This document shows, piece by piece, positions 12,643-23,851 of a stretch of DNA of 64,000 nt; the stretch's first letter is position 1; each line of letters opens with the position of its first letter. This stretch comes from Minutocellus sp. GHC0000111 (taxonomy: Eukaryota): positions 4,588,001-4,652,000 of the forward strand of contig OZ361258.1 in the NCBI GenBank assembly GCA_977018835.1. Direction: 5' to 3'. Made by a program: the position numbers and the translations under genes. The notes beneath the pieces were generated by a model. That model was not told the DNA's origin, did no database searches, and was given only the letters and a program-made list of their open reading frames with translations.

Positions 12643-15600
12643 ATGGCGACCGCCGTCCTCTCGGCTCCAGGCGGCGGCATGGGGTCCGGCCCTGCCTCTG
12701 CCCCCACCTCTGCCCGTCCGGTGTCCACGGCATCGGGCCTGCTGGCCATGCTGTCCGAACCGTCTCCCCAATTGGTCTCCGCCGCCCTGACCAAACTATT
12801 GGCCGTCGTCGACACCCTCTGGCACGAGGTGGCCGAATCCCTCCCGGACCTCGAGGCCATCGCCGAGGGTGCCTCGGGTACTACCGGTGCAGCCGATGCG
12901 GACGACGTGGCCGTCCCGGGCCTCGACCTCCCCTCCCGCCAGACCGCCGCGGCCATTGCCTCCCGGGTGTACTTCCATTTGGAGGAGCCCGTCCAATCCC
13001 TCCGGCTGGCCCTCGATGCCGGCGTCCAGCATTTCAACCCAGCGGCAGAGGGGAGCCGGGGCGACCCCTACGTCGAATGTCTGGTCGGGGCCGCCCTCGA
13101 GGCGTACGTCCAAAAGAGCCGGGGGGAGCACGACGCCGCCGTCGAGTCGGCCGGTGCAGAAAAGGGAGGGGCAGATGGAGGAGGAGACGAAGACGACGAC
13201 GACGAGTCCACCCTCCTCGATCCCGCCAAGCTGGCCGCCCTGGTCGACCTCATGTTCGTCCGGTGCTACGCCGACGCCACGCACGCGCACGCCCTCGGGG
13301 TGGCCCTCGAGGCCCGGTCCCTCCCCAAGATCGCCGAGTGCCTCACCAGGTCCGGCGAGGGCGACGGCACCGACGACGGCACCAAGACCCAGCTGGCCAC
13401 CCTCCGGTACGCCCTCGACGCCGCCGTGGGCCTAATATCCGACAACCGCACCTTTCGGGACGAGGTCGTCACCATCGTCTCCCGGCACCTGGCGGACATA
13501 TTCACCTCATCGACCAGCGGATCCACCGTGCACAGCGCCGCGGCCGTGGCCCTGTGCGTGGCCTACCAATTGCTGAACCAGGCCGACGAGGTGGGGGCGC
13601 TGCTGACCCAACTGTTGGTGGGAGGCGTGGAAGGCGAGGTGTTGCTGGGGTTGCAGCTGTGCTTCGACATGGTGGACAGCGGCGACGAGGTGTTCGTGGG
13701 GGCCGTCGCCGGGGCCCTCCCCGCCAAAACGGCTGCCGCTGCTGCTGTCGAGGGTGAGGGAGGGGATGAAACCACCACCGCTCAAACCAAGGACGAGCTG
13801 TCCACCGAGGCCCACTCCGCCCTCTATTCCGCCCGCAAAATCCTCACGGGTGGATTCGTCACCGAGCTGTCCCTCTCCTTCCTCCACAAGAACAGCAATT
13901 CCGATCCCCTCCTTATGGACCATCTCAAAAAGGCCCTCGACGAGAGGGGCAACTCCCGCAACTCCGTCTTGCACAATTGGGGAGTCGGTACGCACGCCGT
14001 GCTGAATGCCGGTACGACCAATGATTCGTTTTTGAGGGACAACCTCGACTGGATGAAGAAGGCCAGCAATTGGTAAGTCAGGCCAAGTGACATCAAGTGA
14101 CATGAGAGTTGGACCAATTTTGTGGGTGGAAGATGTGGAAAGATCCATGAGATGCAAGTCTCTGCATTCATTCCTTTTGGTGCTCACTATGTATTTTTAT
14201 GCTTTTTTGTCTACCCTAAAACAAAAACAGGGCCAAGTTCTCCGCCACGGCTTCTCTTGGCGTCATCCACGCCGGTCATACCACCGAGGCCATGACCCTC
14301 CTCGAGCCCTACCTCCCCCCGTCCGCGGAGGCCGAGGGCGGCGCCCCTCCGGCCGTCAACGCCGCCGGTGGATATGCCGAGGGTGGCAGCCTGTACGCCC
14401 TCGGCCTCATCCACGGCTCCCGGTCGGGCTCGTCCGCCGCCAAGCGCGACGAGGCCGCCGCCTTCCTCCGCACCCACCTGCGCAGCTCGCACGCCAACGA
14501 GGTCATCAGCCACAGCGCCGCCCTCGGCGTCGGCCTCACCGCCTTCGGCAGCGCCAACCTCGAGGTCGTCAAGGAGCTGCTGTACACCGATTCGGCCGTC
14601 GCCGGTGAGGCCGCCGGCATGGCCATCGGCATGGTCCTGGTCGGGTCCGGTGCCGGCAATGCCCACTCCTCCCTCCCCAACGCCGCCGAGGCCGAGGAGA
14701 TCGCCGAGGCCGTGACCGAGTTGCGCAACTACGCCCGCGAGACGCAGCACGAGAAGATCATCCGCGGTATCTCCATGGGCATCGCCCTCGTCCAGCACGG
14801 TCAGGAGGAGAACGCCGACGTCGTCATCGAGGAGATGCGCTCCGACCGCGACCCCATCCTGCGGTACGGGGCCATGTACTCCCTCGCCATGGCCTACTGC
14901 GGCACGGGCTCCAACAAGGCCATCCGCATCCTCCTCCACACGGCCGTGTCCGACGTCAGCGACGACGTTCGGATGGCGGCCGTCATCGCCCTCGCCTTTG
15001 TGCTGTTCAAGACCCCCGAGCGCGTTCCGCAGCTCGTCAAGCTACTGCTGGAGAGTTTCAACCCCCACGTCCGGTATGCCTCGTGCATGGCCGTCGGCAT
15101 TGCCATGGCCGGTACCGGTGACGCCGAGTCCGTCGCCCTCCTCGAGCCCATGCTGGAGGACATGACCGACTTTGTTCGGCAGGGCGCCCTCCTCGGCACG
15201 TCCATGATCTACATGCAGCAGTCCGACTCGTGCAACCGCCGGAAGGTCAAGTCGTTCCGGGAGAAGCTCGCCTCGACCATCAGCGACAAGCACCAGAGCA
15301 CCCTGACCAAGATGGGCGCCATCCTGGGCACCGGCATCATCGACGCCGGTGGCCGCAACTGCGCCCTGGACCTCGGATCGAGGAATGGCTTCACCAAGAT
15401 GTCCAGCGCCGCCGGTCTTGCCCTTTGGCTGCAGCACTGGCACTGGTACCCCATGATGCACATGTTCAGCCTGGCCCTGACCCCGACCTTTACCATCGGT
15501 CTCAACGGAGACTTCAAGTACCCCAAGAACTTTGAGATCCTGTGCAACTCCAAGCCCAGCGTCTTTGCCTACCCCAAGCGCCTGGAGGAGAAGAAGGAGA

Positions 15601-16244
15601 AGGAAAAGAAGCGTGTTGAGACTGTCACTCTCTCCACGACGGCCAAGAACAAGGCCAGGCTGGCCCGTAAGAAGGCCGAAGAGGATGGCACCGACGCCAT
15701 GGATGTCGACGAAAAGAAGGAGGAGTCCAAGGAGGGTGAAGAGAAGAAGGAGGACGGCGACAAGATGGACGTTGATGGTGAGGATGGCGAGAAGAAGCCC
15801 GAGAAGAAGAAGCGTGAGCCGGAGCCCACCTCCTTCCGCATCTCCAACCCCTCGCGTATCACCAAGGCTCAGGCGGAGCTCTGTGCATTCGATCTGAGCC
15901 AGCGATACCGTCCCATCCTTCCTGAGGAGAGGGTCAGTGGTGTTATCATGCTCACCGACTCGACTCCGGGCGAGGAGGAGGACCTCGGTGCCGTCAAGCC
16001 TCCGTCGATGGAGGTTGAGGGTGAGGCCGATCCGCCTGAACCTTTCGAGTGGGCCCCGCCTGGTCACGATGACTACCGCGAGGGTCTTCCTCCTCCTCCC
16101 ATTCCCGAGCCGGAGGAGAAGAAGGATGAGGATTCCGATGACAAGGAGGATGAAGAGGGATCCAAACCCAAGAAGCGCGAGGAGGATCACGAGGAGGATC
16201 TCGGCGGACCAGGCCTCGTTGGAGGCGCGGCCGAGTCCTCGTAG
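12643..16244 (+). CDS. RPN2: 26S proteasome regulatory subunit RPN2/PSMD1; 2 exons (intron 14073-14230)
   Basis: NAGTTNDSFLRDNLDW..SNW|AKFSATASLGVIH, YAEGGSLYALGLIH, ETQHEKIIRG, SDVSDDVR, ESFNPHVRY and IDAGGRN. The GT-AG intron joins the frames. Confidence 0.97.
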
Positions 16245-16351
16245 ATGCCAAAAGATATAGTAGCGGGCTAATTTGATCTGATCATATCATGTATAAAATG
16301 TAGTAGCGTGAGCGTTTCGCGCGAGTTACAATGGTGTCTTATTGCCTCTAG

Positions 16352-19083
16352 CTAGCGAGCAGGACGCCGATTTCCCAAGACTTTGGTGCTGAAAGGCATT
16401 GTTTGCCTACCTCTTCCAGCAATGAGGGAGAACCACGAGAACGAAACAGCGTCGGCAGGCGACATTTTAGCAAAAGTAGAGGATACAGGAACAGCTATGT
16501 ACCTGGACGCGGAAGCAGAGGACGCCGGTATCATCCTATAATTCTTGTCCAAAAGTTGAGCTTTCTCTAACTCGTTCTTCAGTTCCTTGGCCTTTGGCTT
16601 TTCGACATACGCCACATCTGTTATAGATTCCTTGGTGCTTCACGCTGGTAGCTTCGAAGATGCGCTTGGTGCTGTTGCTTTCGTTCCCAGTCCACTGATA
16701 TTTCCTCGGGGGCTGTTGCGACGAGTTGGATGGAAAGTTACGTGGTAGCTTTCCGCAAAGCTCGGCCCAAATGCGAATGAAGATATCCCGCCTCCAGCCA
16801 AAAGAATACTTGGCGGATTGCTTTCGAGAGAAATGCAAGTGTGCCTGACAAGCGACCCCACATCTATTTTGTCAGATGTGCCGCCGTCAATGAGGCGACA
16901 TTTGACTGGTATTGCCTCCAATCTTAGTTTGTTGCCCTCCACCTTTGCTCGACAAAGGCTCAATGCCGAAGTCGTGGTGTTAGGAGTGCTTGGAACACCG
17001 CCGCTGACGACCATAAGCGAACTTGATTGAGATCCATCTTCTATGCAGCACCCAGATGAAGCAATCCTTGCTAGTTGGTCATCTTCTACCATACCATGGG
17101 AAAGCGTAGTTATTGAGTGATTGCTCCTCTCAAGATCAAGTGTGAGTAGCATACTAGTAGGTGTAGTAATTGGCGCATTGCCATTGGCGTCCAATACGTC
17201 AGAAGAAAAAAAAAGATTGGCAGGATCACCGTTTCCTCCAAAAATATAAACGAGTTCTTGGTTGTGATCGGTCTCCGGCTGTGATAGTCGTACAGAGACA
17301 TGTTGAAAGAGACTAACTTCGCCTTTCACTGTTTCCCAAAGAAAGTGGCAGTGAGATATACCGCCTCTTGCTCCTTCATAGCCAGGAGGGGTCACGCTTA
17401 GAACATGACACGTCGGTACAATTCCCTTGGTAGTACGACCACCGCAAAGCACGGCAAGGCGACCATTCTTCCCTGACAATGCCGTTAATGTATGGCCCCA
17501 CCGAGCAGCAGGCGGCTCTCCGCGTACATCGGTCGGTCTCCAAAACATGTCTTCTCGGTATCCATCCTTTGTATAGACCAAAAGTTCGTTTGACGGTTGC
17601 GCAGGACTTCCTCTTCCACCAAAAATAGCCACTAACATTGCACGCATATTGAAGAGCGTTTCACGTATGTCAGAGTAGTGGTCGCTGCGCCTCAGTTGAT
17701 CCCGATCGAAATCAAACGCAGGTAGCAAGCACGCCGCGAGACCCTCCCGTGCGCCAAGAGTCGCATGCTGCAAGAGAATGTTGTTGATCACCGAGGTCTC
17801 GAATCGATCTGGCAACGGACCAGCCATTGCCGGAATTCGTTCCCACCCGCGGCCCGGGTCGCCGTCGCTGGACCACCGGCCGTATGCGTGTTCTATGTGA
17901 TACACTGCGTCGGATCGTTTGGCGCCTTCGCCGCTATGTGGGCCCATCCCGTACCTAGGTATCCTCCGAAGACGTCAATTTCAACATCGTTGGCGCTACT
18001 CGTGTGTAGCTTCGGCGTTTTTACCGCGGCGTGTCCCCACAGACCCAGCTTGGGCAACGGTTCAAAGATGGCTTCGTATTCTTCCACACTCGTTTCAACA
18101 GAGCCATTATTGTTTGCTTTGCCGTCACCTCCGTATCCTGTCGTGCTCTTGGGGACAAACAACTCCCCCTCCACCAGCTCATAGAACCTCCTCAGCTTGT
18201 TCTCATTCGCCACAAAGCGTTGGTTGGCCTCCCACACCAGCGCCACCACATAGTCGTCAGTGGGCCGCAGCGCCCCCCTCCGGCCCAACGGCACGGTCAG
18301 ACCCAGCCCAACTCCCCGTATCGCCACGGTCACCCGCTTGGGCGTCGATACGATCCCGCTCTCGCGAAATCCCAGCGCCAATGCCAGCGACAGAAGCTTC
18401 TCGGCACGGAGCAGGGTGGAGGCCGCCACGTGCAGCAGGAGGGGCTCGTGCTTGAACATGAGCGTCGGTGGTGCATCTGCACATGTTTCTTCCGCTGCAT
18501 CGGTATCAGCAGTGCCTGGTAGATTGTCATTGAGTATATCAATCAATTGCTGCGGATCGATCTGCCCGTGCGACGACAGCGCCCACCGGCCGCTGCCCTT
18601 GCCGCTGCTGGTCGCGTTGTCTCGTTCCGGTGCACTTGGTTCTGCATCAACAGCACCACTGGTGTCTTCATTCGAATTGTTTGCGTCGGCCTCGGCCTCA
18701 GCATCTAAATCTGCCGTACTAGAAGTGGCCGACGGGTCAAACAACGCAATCCGTCCGCTGCAGCTGCTCAGCGTGGCGTAGGCGGGGTGGGCATTGAGCA
18801 GATCCACCAGCGGTCGGATGGCCTCGTCGACGCTTCCTTTAGGACTCTTGTCTATAAATAGTTGGAGCGGATGATGATGGCCGGATTGGATCCCATAGAG
18901 GGCACGGAGGGTCTTGGCCCGGATGTCCCGGAAGGAGGGGAGGAGGACCGTGCCGGGGTCGTCGAGGTAGTTGTGCTGCAGGGCGAGGTTGAGATGCTGA
19001 GGGCGGTGGCTGCGGCTGGAAGGAGAGGAAGAAGAAGAGCCTGACCCTGCCGCTGCGTCCATTTCCTGCTGCTGGTCGCTCAT
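16352..19083 (-). pseudogene. TYW3: tRNA wybutosine-synthesis TYW3 + kelch fusion (TYW2/3/4-like), disrupted
   Basis: DKSPKGSVDEAI..TLSSCSGRI, FKHEPLLLHV and GFRESG (TYW3); kelch ARWGHT/LCGG/IFGG. An 8-bp insertion at 17951-17958 and an in-frame TGA at 16640-16642. Confidence 0.8.
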
Positions 19084-19134
19084 CTTGCCCGTGGACTTGC
19101 CTCCCACCTCTGCCTTTTTCATTGAGCAAGGGCA

Positions 19135-19200
19135 GCACGAGAGCACGAGAGCACGAGATGTGCAGAGTGCAGAGTTGCAGAGTGCAGGCAGAGTGCAGAG
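19135..19200. repeat. Short tandem motifs (GCACGAGA)3 and (GTGCAGA)n in the divergent TYW3/VPS60 intergenic region
   Basis: Read directly from the sequence. Confidence 0.7.
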
Positions 19201-19665
19201 CCGTTCGGCCATTTTCAGAAATTTCTTCTGTCCGTCGACCGTCCATTTTTTCTGTCCGTCTTCCGCAGTCCCGATAAAACGAAGGAAACCAAGACTGGAC
19301 AATGAACAATCTTGCCTTTTGCCTCTTGCCTCGTCGTTTGCGTTCTCAACATCACACATCTTGTGGAAAGGTAAGCAAGGAAGAAGTTTAGAGCCTAGCA
19401 TGGCGGTTTCCCGGCCGGGCCTTCGGTGGTGTATTTTTGTGTTGGTTTTCGTGCTGGGGGATTTGCCGATCTTCATCTCCATGCCGGTGAACTCGCCGTG
19501 TGCGGAAAGATGGGCAATCGATCGCAAGATACCAATTATTCCCTCCCACGACCCCGCCCTCATGAGCATTTATGCCATTATCTCACCAATTCAATCTATG
19601 CTTCTTCATGTCACCGACTGTATCATCTTCTTGGCACGTATCAAATACAAACCCAACCCAACAGC

Positions 19666-20322
19666 ATGAATCGAGTATACGGAAAGAAGAAGGCACCGGG
19701 ACCGCCGGCCCCATCGCTCGGCGAGGCCTCCGAGGGGATGGACAAGCGCGGCGGCGGCATCGACAACAAGATCGCCTCCCTCGACAAGGAGCTCAAAGGG
19801 TACAAGGACAAGCTCAAGACGACCAAGAATCCCGCGGCCAAGAAGCAGATCCAAAAGCGCGCCATGGACGTCCTCAAGCGCAAGCGAATGTACGAGAAGC
19901 AGCGCGATCAGGTCATGGCCCAGCAGTTCAACGTCGATCAGGCCCAGTTCAACATTGAAAGTGCCAAGGCGACGGTGTCGACGGTCGCGGCTATGAAGCA
20001 GGCCAATACCGAGCTCAAGGGCATGATGAAGAAGGAGCTGAACATTGACGACGTCGATGACATTACCGACGATTTGGCCGACCTCATGTACGATATGGAT
20101 GAAATCAACGAAGCGTTGGGACAGAACTTTGCCACCCCCGAGGATATCGACGAGGCCGATTTGGAGGCCGAGCTGGACATGCTGGATGATGAGCTGGAGG
20201 AAGAGCTGGCCGAGACGGAGACGCCGTCGTATTTGCAAGAGCCGCAGCTGCCGGCGCAACCGACCGGATTGCCCGGGGTGAAGGCCCCGGCCGAGGGAGA
20301 GGAGGAGGCGTTGAATGCATAG
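19666..20322 (+). CDS. VPS60: ESCRT-III Snf7-family protein Vps60/CHMP5
   Basis: MNRVYGKKK..PAPSL, KRAMDVLKRKRMYEKQRDQ..QQFNVDQ, EINEALG and DEADLEAEL. Confidence 0.9.
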   Translation: MNRVYGKKKAPGPPAPSLGEASEGMDKRGGGIDNKIASLDKELKGYKDKLKTTKNPAAKKQIQKRAMDVLKRKRMYEKQRDQVMAQQFNVDQAQFNIESAKATVSTVAAMKQANTELKGMMKKELNIDDVDDITDDLADLMYDMDEINEALGQNFATPEDIDEADLEAELDMLDDELEEELAETETPSYLQEPQLPAQPTGLPGVKAPAEGEEEALNA

Positions 20323-20453
20323 GGTGCTGGTTTCGTACACAGGTGGAGACCTACTACTACAATTTACATTTACGATAGAGCAATTGGCAATTGAAGACAT
20401 GTGTTCAACATGATTTCTTTGTACGCTTTGCTCAGCATTCATAACCTTGGTCT

Positions 20454-23400
20454 CTAAGCACAGAGGCCATCGCTTCCGCAAACAATCTTGCCGGTGCCTG
20501 CTCCCAATAGAGTTATACCAGGGACAGAGTTGTCGACAGTGTAAGTGTAGCTCGGCAGCTCAACCAGATCTCCAACGTCGATGTTGGCATGACAATTTCC
20601 TGCAGGGCTATTAGTGTACACATTATTCCGTTCGGCGGCATTTCCGGGCTGTCCCGGTGGATTCCCACTATAAACTCCAACGCATGTGTCAATGGGATCC
20701 TCTACATTGTCAAAGTAGTTGCCCTCGACGAGAACATATGCTCCCATGGCACTGCCAATGGCATAGGATTCCACATTCTCATAGTAGTTGTTGTAAACGT
20801 GGACAAGCCTGGAGAATCGCACTCTTGGCATTCGCTGGTCGCAGTCGACAAATCGATTGTGATGCAAGGTAATGTGGAGATCGTCCTCGTCGCCCACTTC
20901 ACCATTATCGGACCCGATTAGCATTGCCCTGAAGTCATTGTTGTCGTTATTATCAGGCACAACTTCATAATCATTGAAAGTGTTCCAAGAAATGGTGATG
21001 TAGTCGGAGCCCTTCTTGATATCAAGAGCACCGTCGGTACCTGGCGCTGGTTTGGAGAACGAGCAGTGGTCGATCCAGATGCACTCGGCTCCATCTTGGA
21101 TACCGATTCCATCGAAACCATCGGGGGCATTTTCGATGTTGATGTTGCGGATGATGATGTTCCTATCCTTGGCAGAAAATTTGTTTCCATCGATTCGAAG
21201 CTCGGCGCCCGAGAAACCGGACCTAGCCCCGAGCCCCAAGATGGATTTGTCGGAGGCGATCCGGTAGAAGGGCTTATCGTTGCAAAAGGTAGCACCACTG
21301 GTACAAGTGGGTGGAGGGCCTAGCATGCCGTTGACCAGGATTATATACTTTCCGTCTCTCTTTGCGTAATCGTAGAAGCTTTCTTCGTCGCCGACGCTCA
21401 CTGTGACAGCTTGGCCACCTTGGCCACCGGTAGTCCCGCTCGTTTCACAGTGGTTGCCGGTGGTAATTCCAGCAAATCCCACGAGATCGTAGTTGAGAAC
21501 GTAGTTGGGCACAATCGTAAATTCCACCCGGTCGGGATCCGTTACCATATTGACAACTCCATCGTCTCGCTTGAGCTTCATCTTGGCATTCAGGTCATCA
21601 CCAAGCGAGGCGGTAACTGATGCTAGGGGAATCTCAAAATACCAAGAGTCTGTGGCGGGGTCAAATTCCAAGTCTGGCTTAGCTTCTCTATCCCCATTGA
21701 CTTTGATTTCAATATTGTAATCCCTGACAATATCATTGAAGTCGTTGTGAATAGTGGGGTCGTTAGGATCATAAGACGGGTCGGTGACATCAAGGTCAAT
21801 AAGAAAATCCTTGTTCCACATAGCTCCCCAAAGGATGGTGTTCTCGGGCACTTCACAAGAGCTGGGGCATTCATCGCACGACGCCCCAACGTCCGCCGGT
21901 GTACCACAGAGAATGATTGGTTCGCTATCTTCCGTCTCTTTATATCCCAACACATAGCCTTCATCTCCCTCGCCAACAAAGGTATCTTGGATTTCAGTTG
22001 GTTTGGGACTTGGCGCCTTGCTCGGGGATCCAGATGGAGTTCTCGAGGGCTAGATATAGTTTAATAATGAAACAAAACAAATGAAAAAAGAGCCGTCTAT
22101 GATGAGCAGGCGATGCATTATATACGTAGTGCCACACATGGCGGAATATCGCTTGGAAGAATTCGTTTGACGTACCGTTTGAGTGGGGTAGGCCGATGGA
22201 CGAGGCGAATTGCTCGGCGACGGCAATGCTTTGGGCGTGGCTCAGAGGAAGGTAAGTACGAAGGAAAAGACGACGGGATATCGGTCGGTTGTTTCGTTGG
22301 TGGTCTAGAGGGCTGTCGAGTGAATAAACGTCCAACGAAGTGTGAGAAAAAAAAGGAAACAAGATGACGACGTCCGATTCTTACAATTAAAATAGAAACA
22401 AAGGTACCATCCCAGCACAAGATTAAATCGCCTGGCTCACCATCTGAGAGGGATTGACCGACGGCTGGGGCAATTTACTCGGCGCAGGGGATGATTCAAA
22501 CGTGGGTGGGTTCGATGGTTCCGAGGATGGCAAACCTTAGCGATGAATGGCGGTCGTGTTCAAGAAATGCGGGAAAGAGATTATATTAGCAACGGTATCA
22601 GAATAAATCAGCTATCACAGGCAGACCGACACACATTAATACTCTCACCTGAAGGGAAGAAAGACGGGACATCGCTCGGATTATGAGAAGGAGATCTAGA
22701 AAGGGTCGGTTCCATTGAGGGTTCTCTGCTTGGGAGTGAGGAGGGTCTATCAGATGGCTCCGAAGTCAGAGGAGGTGGAGGAGGCGGAGCTTCATCGATA
22801 ATTGTAAGCTCGAATCTGTCTGTCTGCAGCTTCTCTCTATCCTCGTCTTCGATTTTTTGCTTTGCAGTAATGATCCAATTTTGCCAATCATCCTGGGAAA
22901 TCACGTTAGAATCACTACCAAGATCGACCTCAAAGCTCCAAATCGAAGCTCCAAATGGCTCCTGGCTGTTGCCCTCGAATTTCATGGAACCTTTGGCAAC
23001 TCTGTCTCGGTCGTTCTTCACCTCATATTCCGTCTTCTTCAAGTTGGAATCGGTTGGCCCGTAGACACCGTTCCACCAAATCAAACCACGTAGGATTGCC
23101 GTACGAGGCACCTCGCCCGAATCCGGGCAGTTGTCATCACAGTCACCATCCTGACAGATGATTTTGTAATTGGTCATCGATGGGCCATAGGCGAGAAGAT
23201 ATCTGGAATCAGAACCCTCGGCCAGCTGCACCTGTTGTGACTGTTGTGACCTCCTCGTTCTCTTGCTGCTGCTGATCGTCTGGTGATGGGTTAAAAAGTC
23301 GAGACGATTTCGGTGGGTTGAAGAGACCACCACGGCGTCGTGCTTGGAGTTCTCGGGCGTCAATGGTCGAAGGAGATTCAACGTGTGCACTCTTGGCAAT

Positions 23401-23556
23401 AATCTGATCGCGGCTTTCGTCGACCAGAACACTTATGTCCTTCGGCGAGACATGCGCCCCATCGTGATCTGCCGATGGACTTCGAAGATTAATGTTGTCG
23501 TTGGCGCGGGAAGTGGCAGCCAACAGCGTCGAGCACATCAAGTGAACGAGCTTCAT
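20454..23556 (-). CDS. Secreted multi-exon protein: signal peptide, two related Cys-containing modules, Pro/Ser-rich linkers, C-terminal PL1 pectate lyase; probable frameshift near 23250
   Basis: GFA..TTGG.GG..VTV, WIDHCSF, DGALDIKKGSDYITISWN, ITLHHNRF..QRMPRVRF and HVYNNYY (20454-21953). Upstream PSxxPS exons and an MKLVHLMCSTLLAAT leader. Internal exon boundaries are approximate. Confidence 0.75.
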
Positions 23557-23851
23557 GTTGCGCGCATGGTACAATTCTTGTGAGATGACGAGGACGAGAG
23601 AACAACAAGCCGATAATTCTTCACGTGAAAAGCCCCTCGAGCGTTGAAGATGACGCGCACTGCTGCGAAGTTAATCATCTGCCTCTCATCCGCATCAGCA
23701 GGCAAGGTTGGGCCACCCGCCAAAGTTTTTTACAGAAGATGCCCGATGTCCATCTATCTTGACGAGAACAAGCAGGAACAAGGTGGGCAGGCTCGGAACG
23801 GAAGATTGAGTCACCCTATCCAACTTTTCGGTGATTAAAAGATACTCAATG

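Noticed and set aside
12796..16251. Long antisense and alternate-frame ORFs over RPN2 (also over VPS60, serC and the kinase)
   Set aside because: Shadow ORFs caused by high GC3 codon bias.
2186..16642. Stop-codon reassignment or readthrough explaining the in-frame TAA and TGA
   Set aside because: All three stop codons terminate intact genes in the window, and the lesions are isolated and accompanied by frameshifts.
16640..17947. Kelch ORF as a RAG2-like partner of the transposase
   Set aside because: It lies outside the elements and joins TYW3 once 8 nt are removed, matching the known TYW3-kelch architecture; no PHD finger is seen.
19084..19665. Overlapping N-terminal extensions of the TYW3 and VPS60 ORFs
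   Set aside because: The recognisable proteins start at 19083 and 19666; the extensions are open intergenic sequence.
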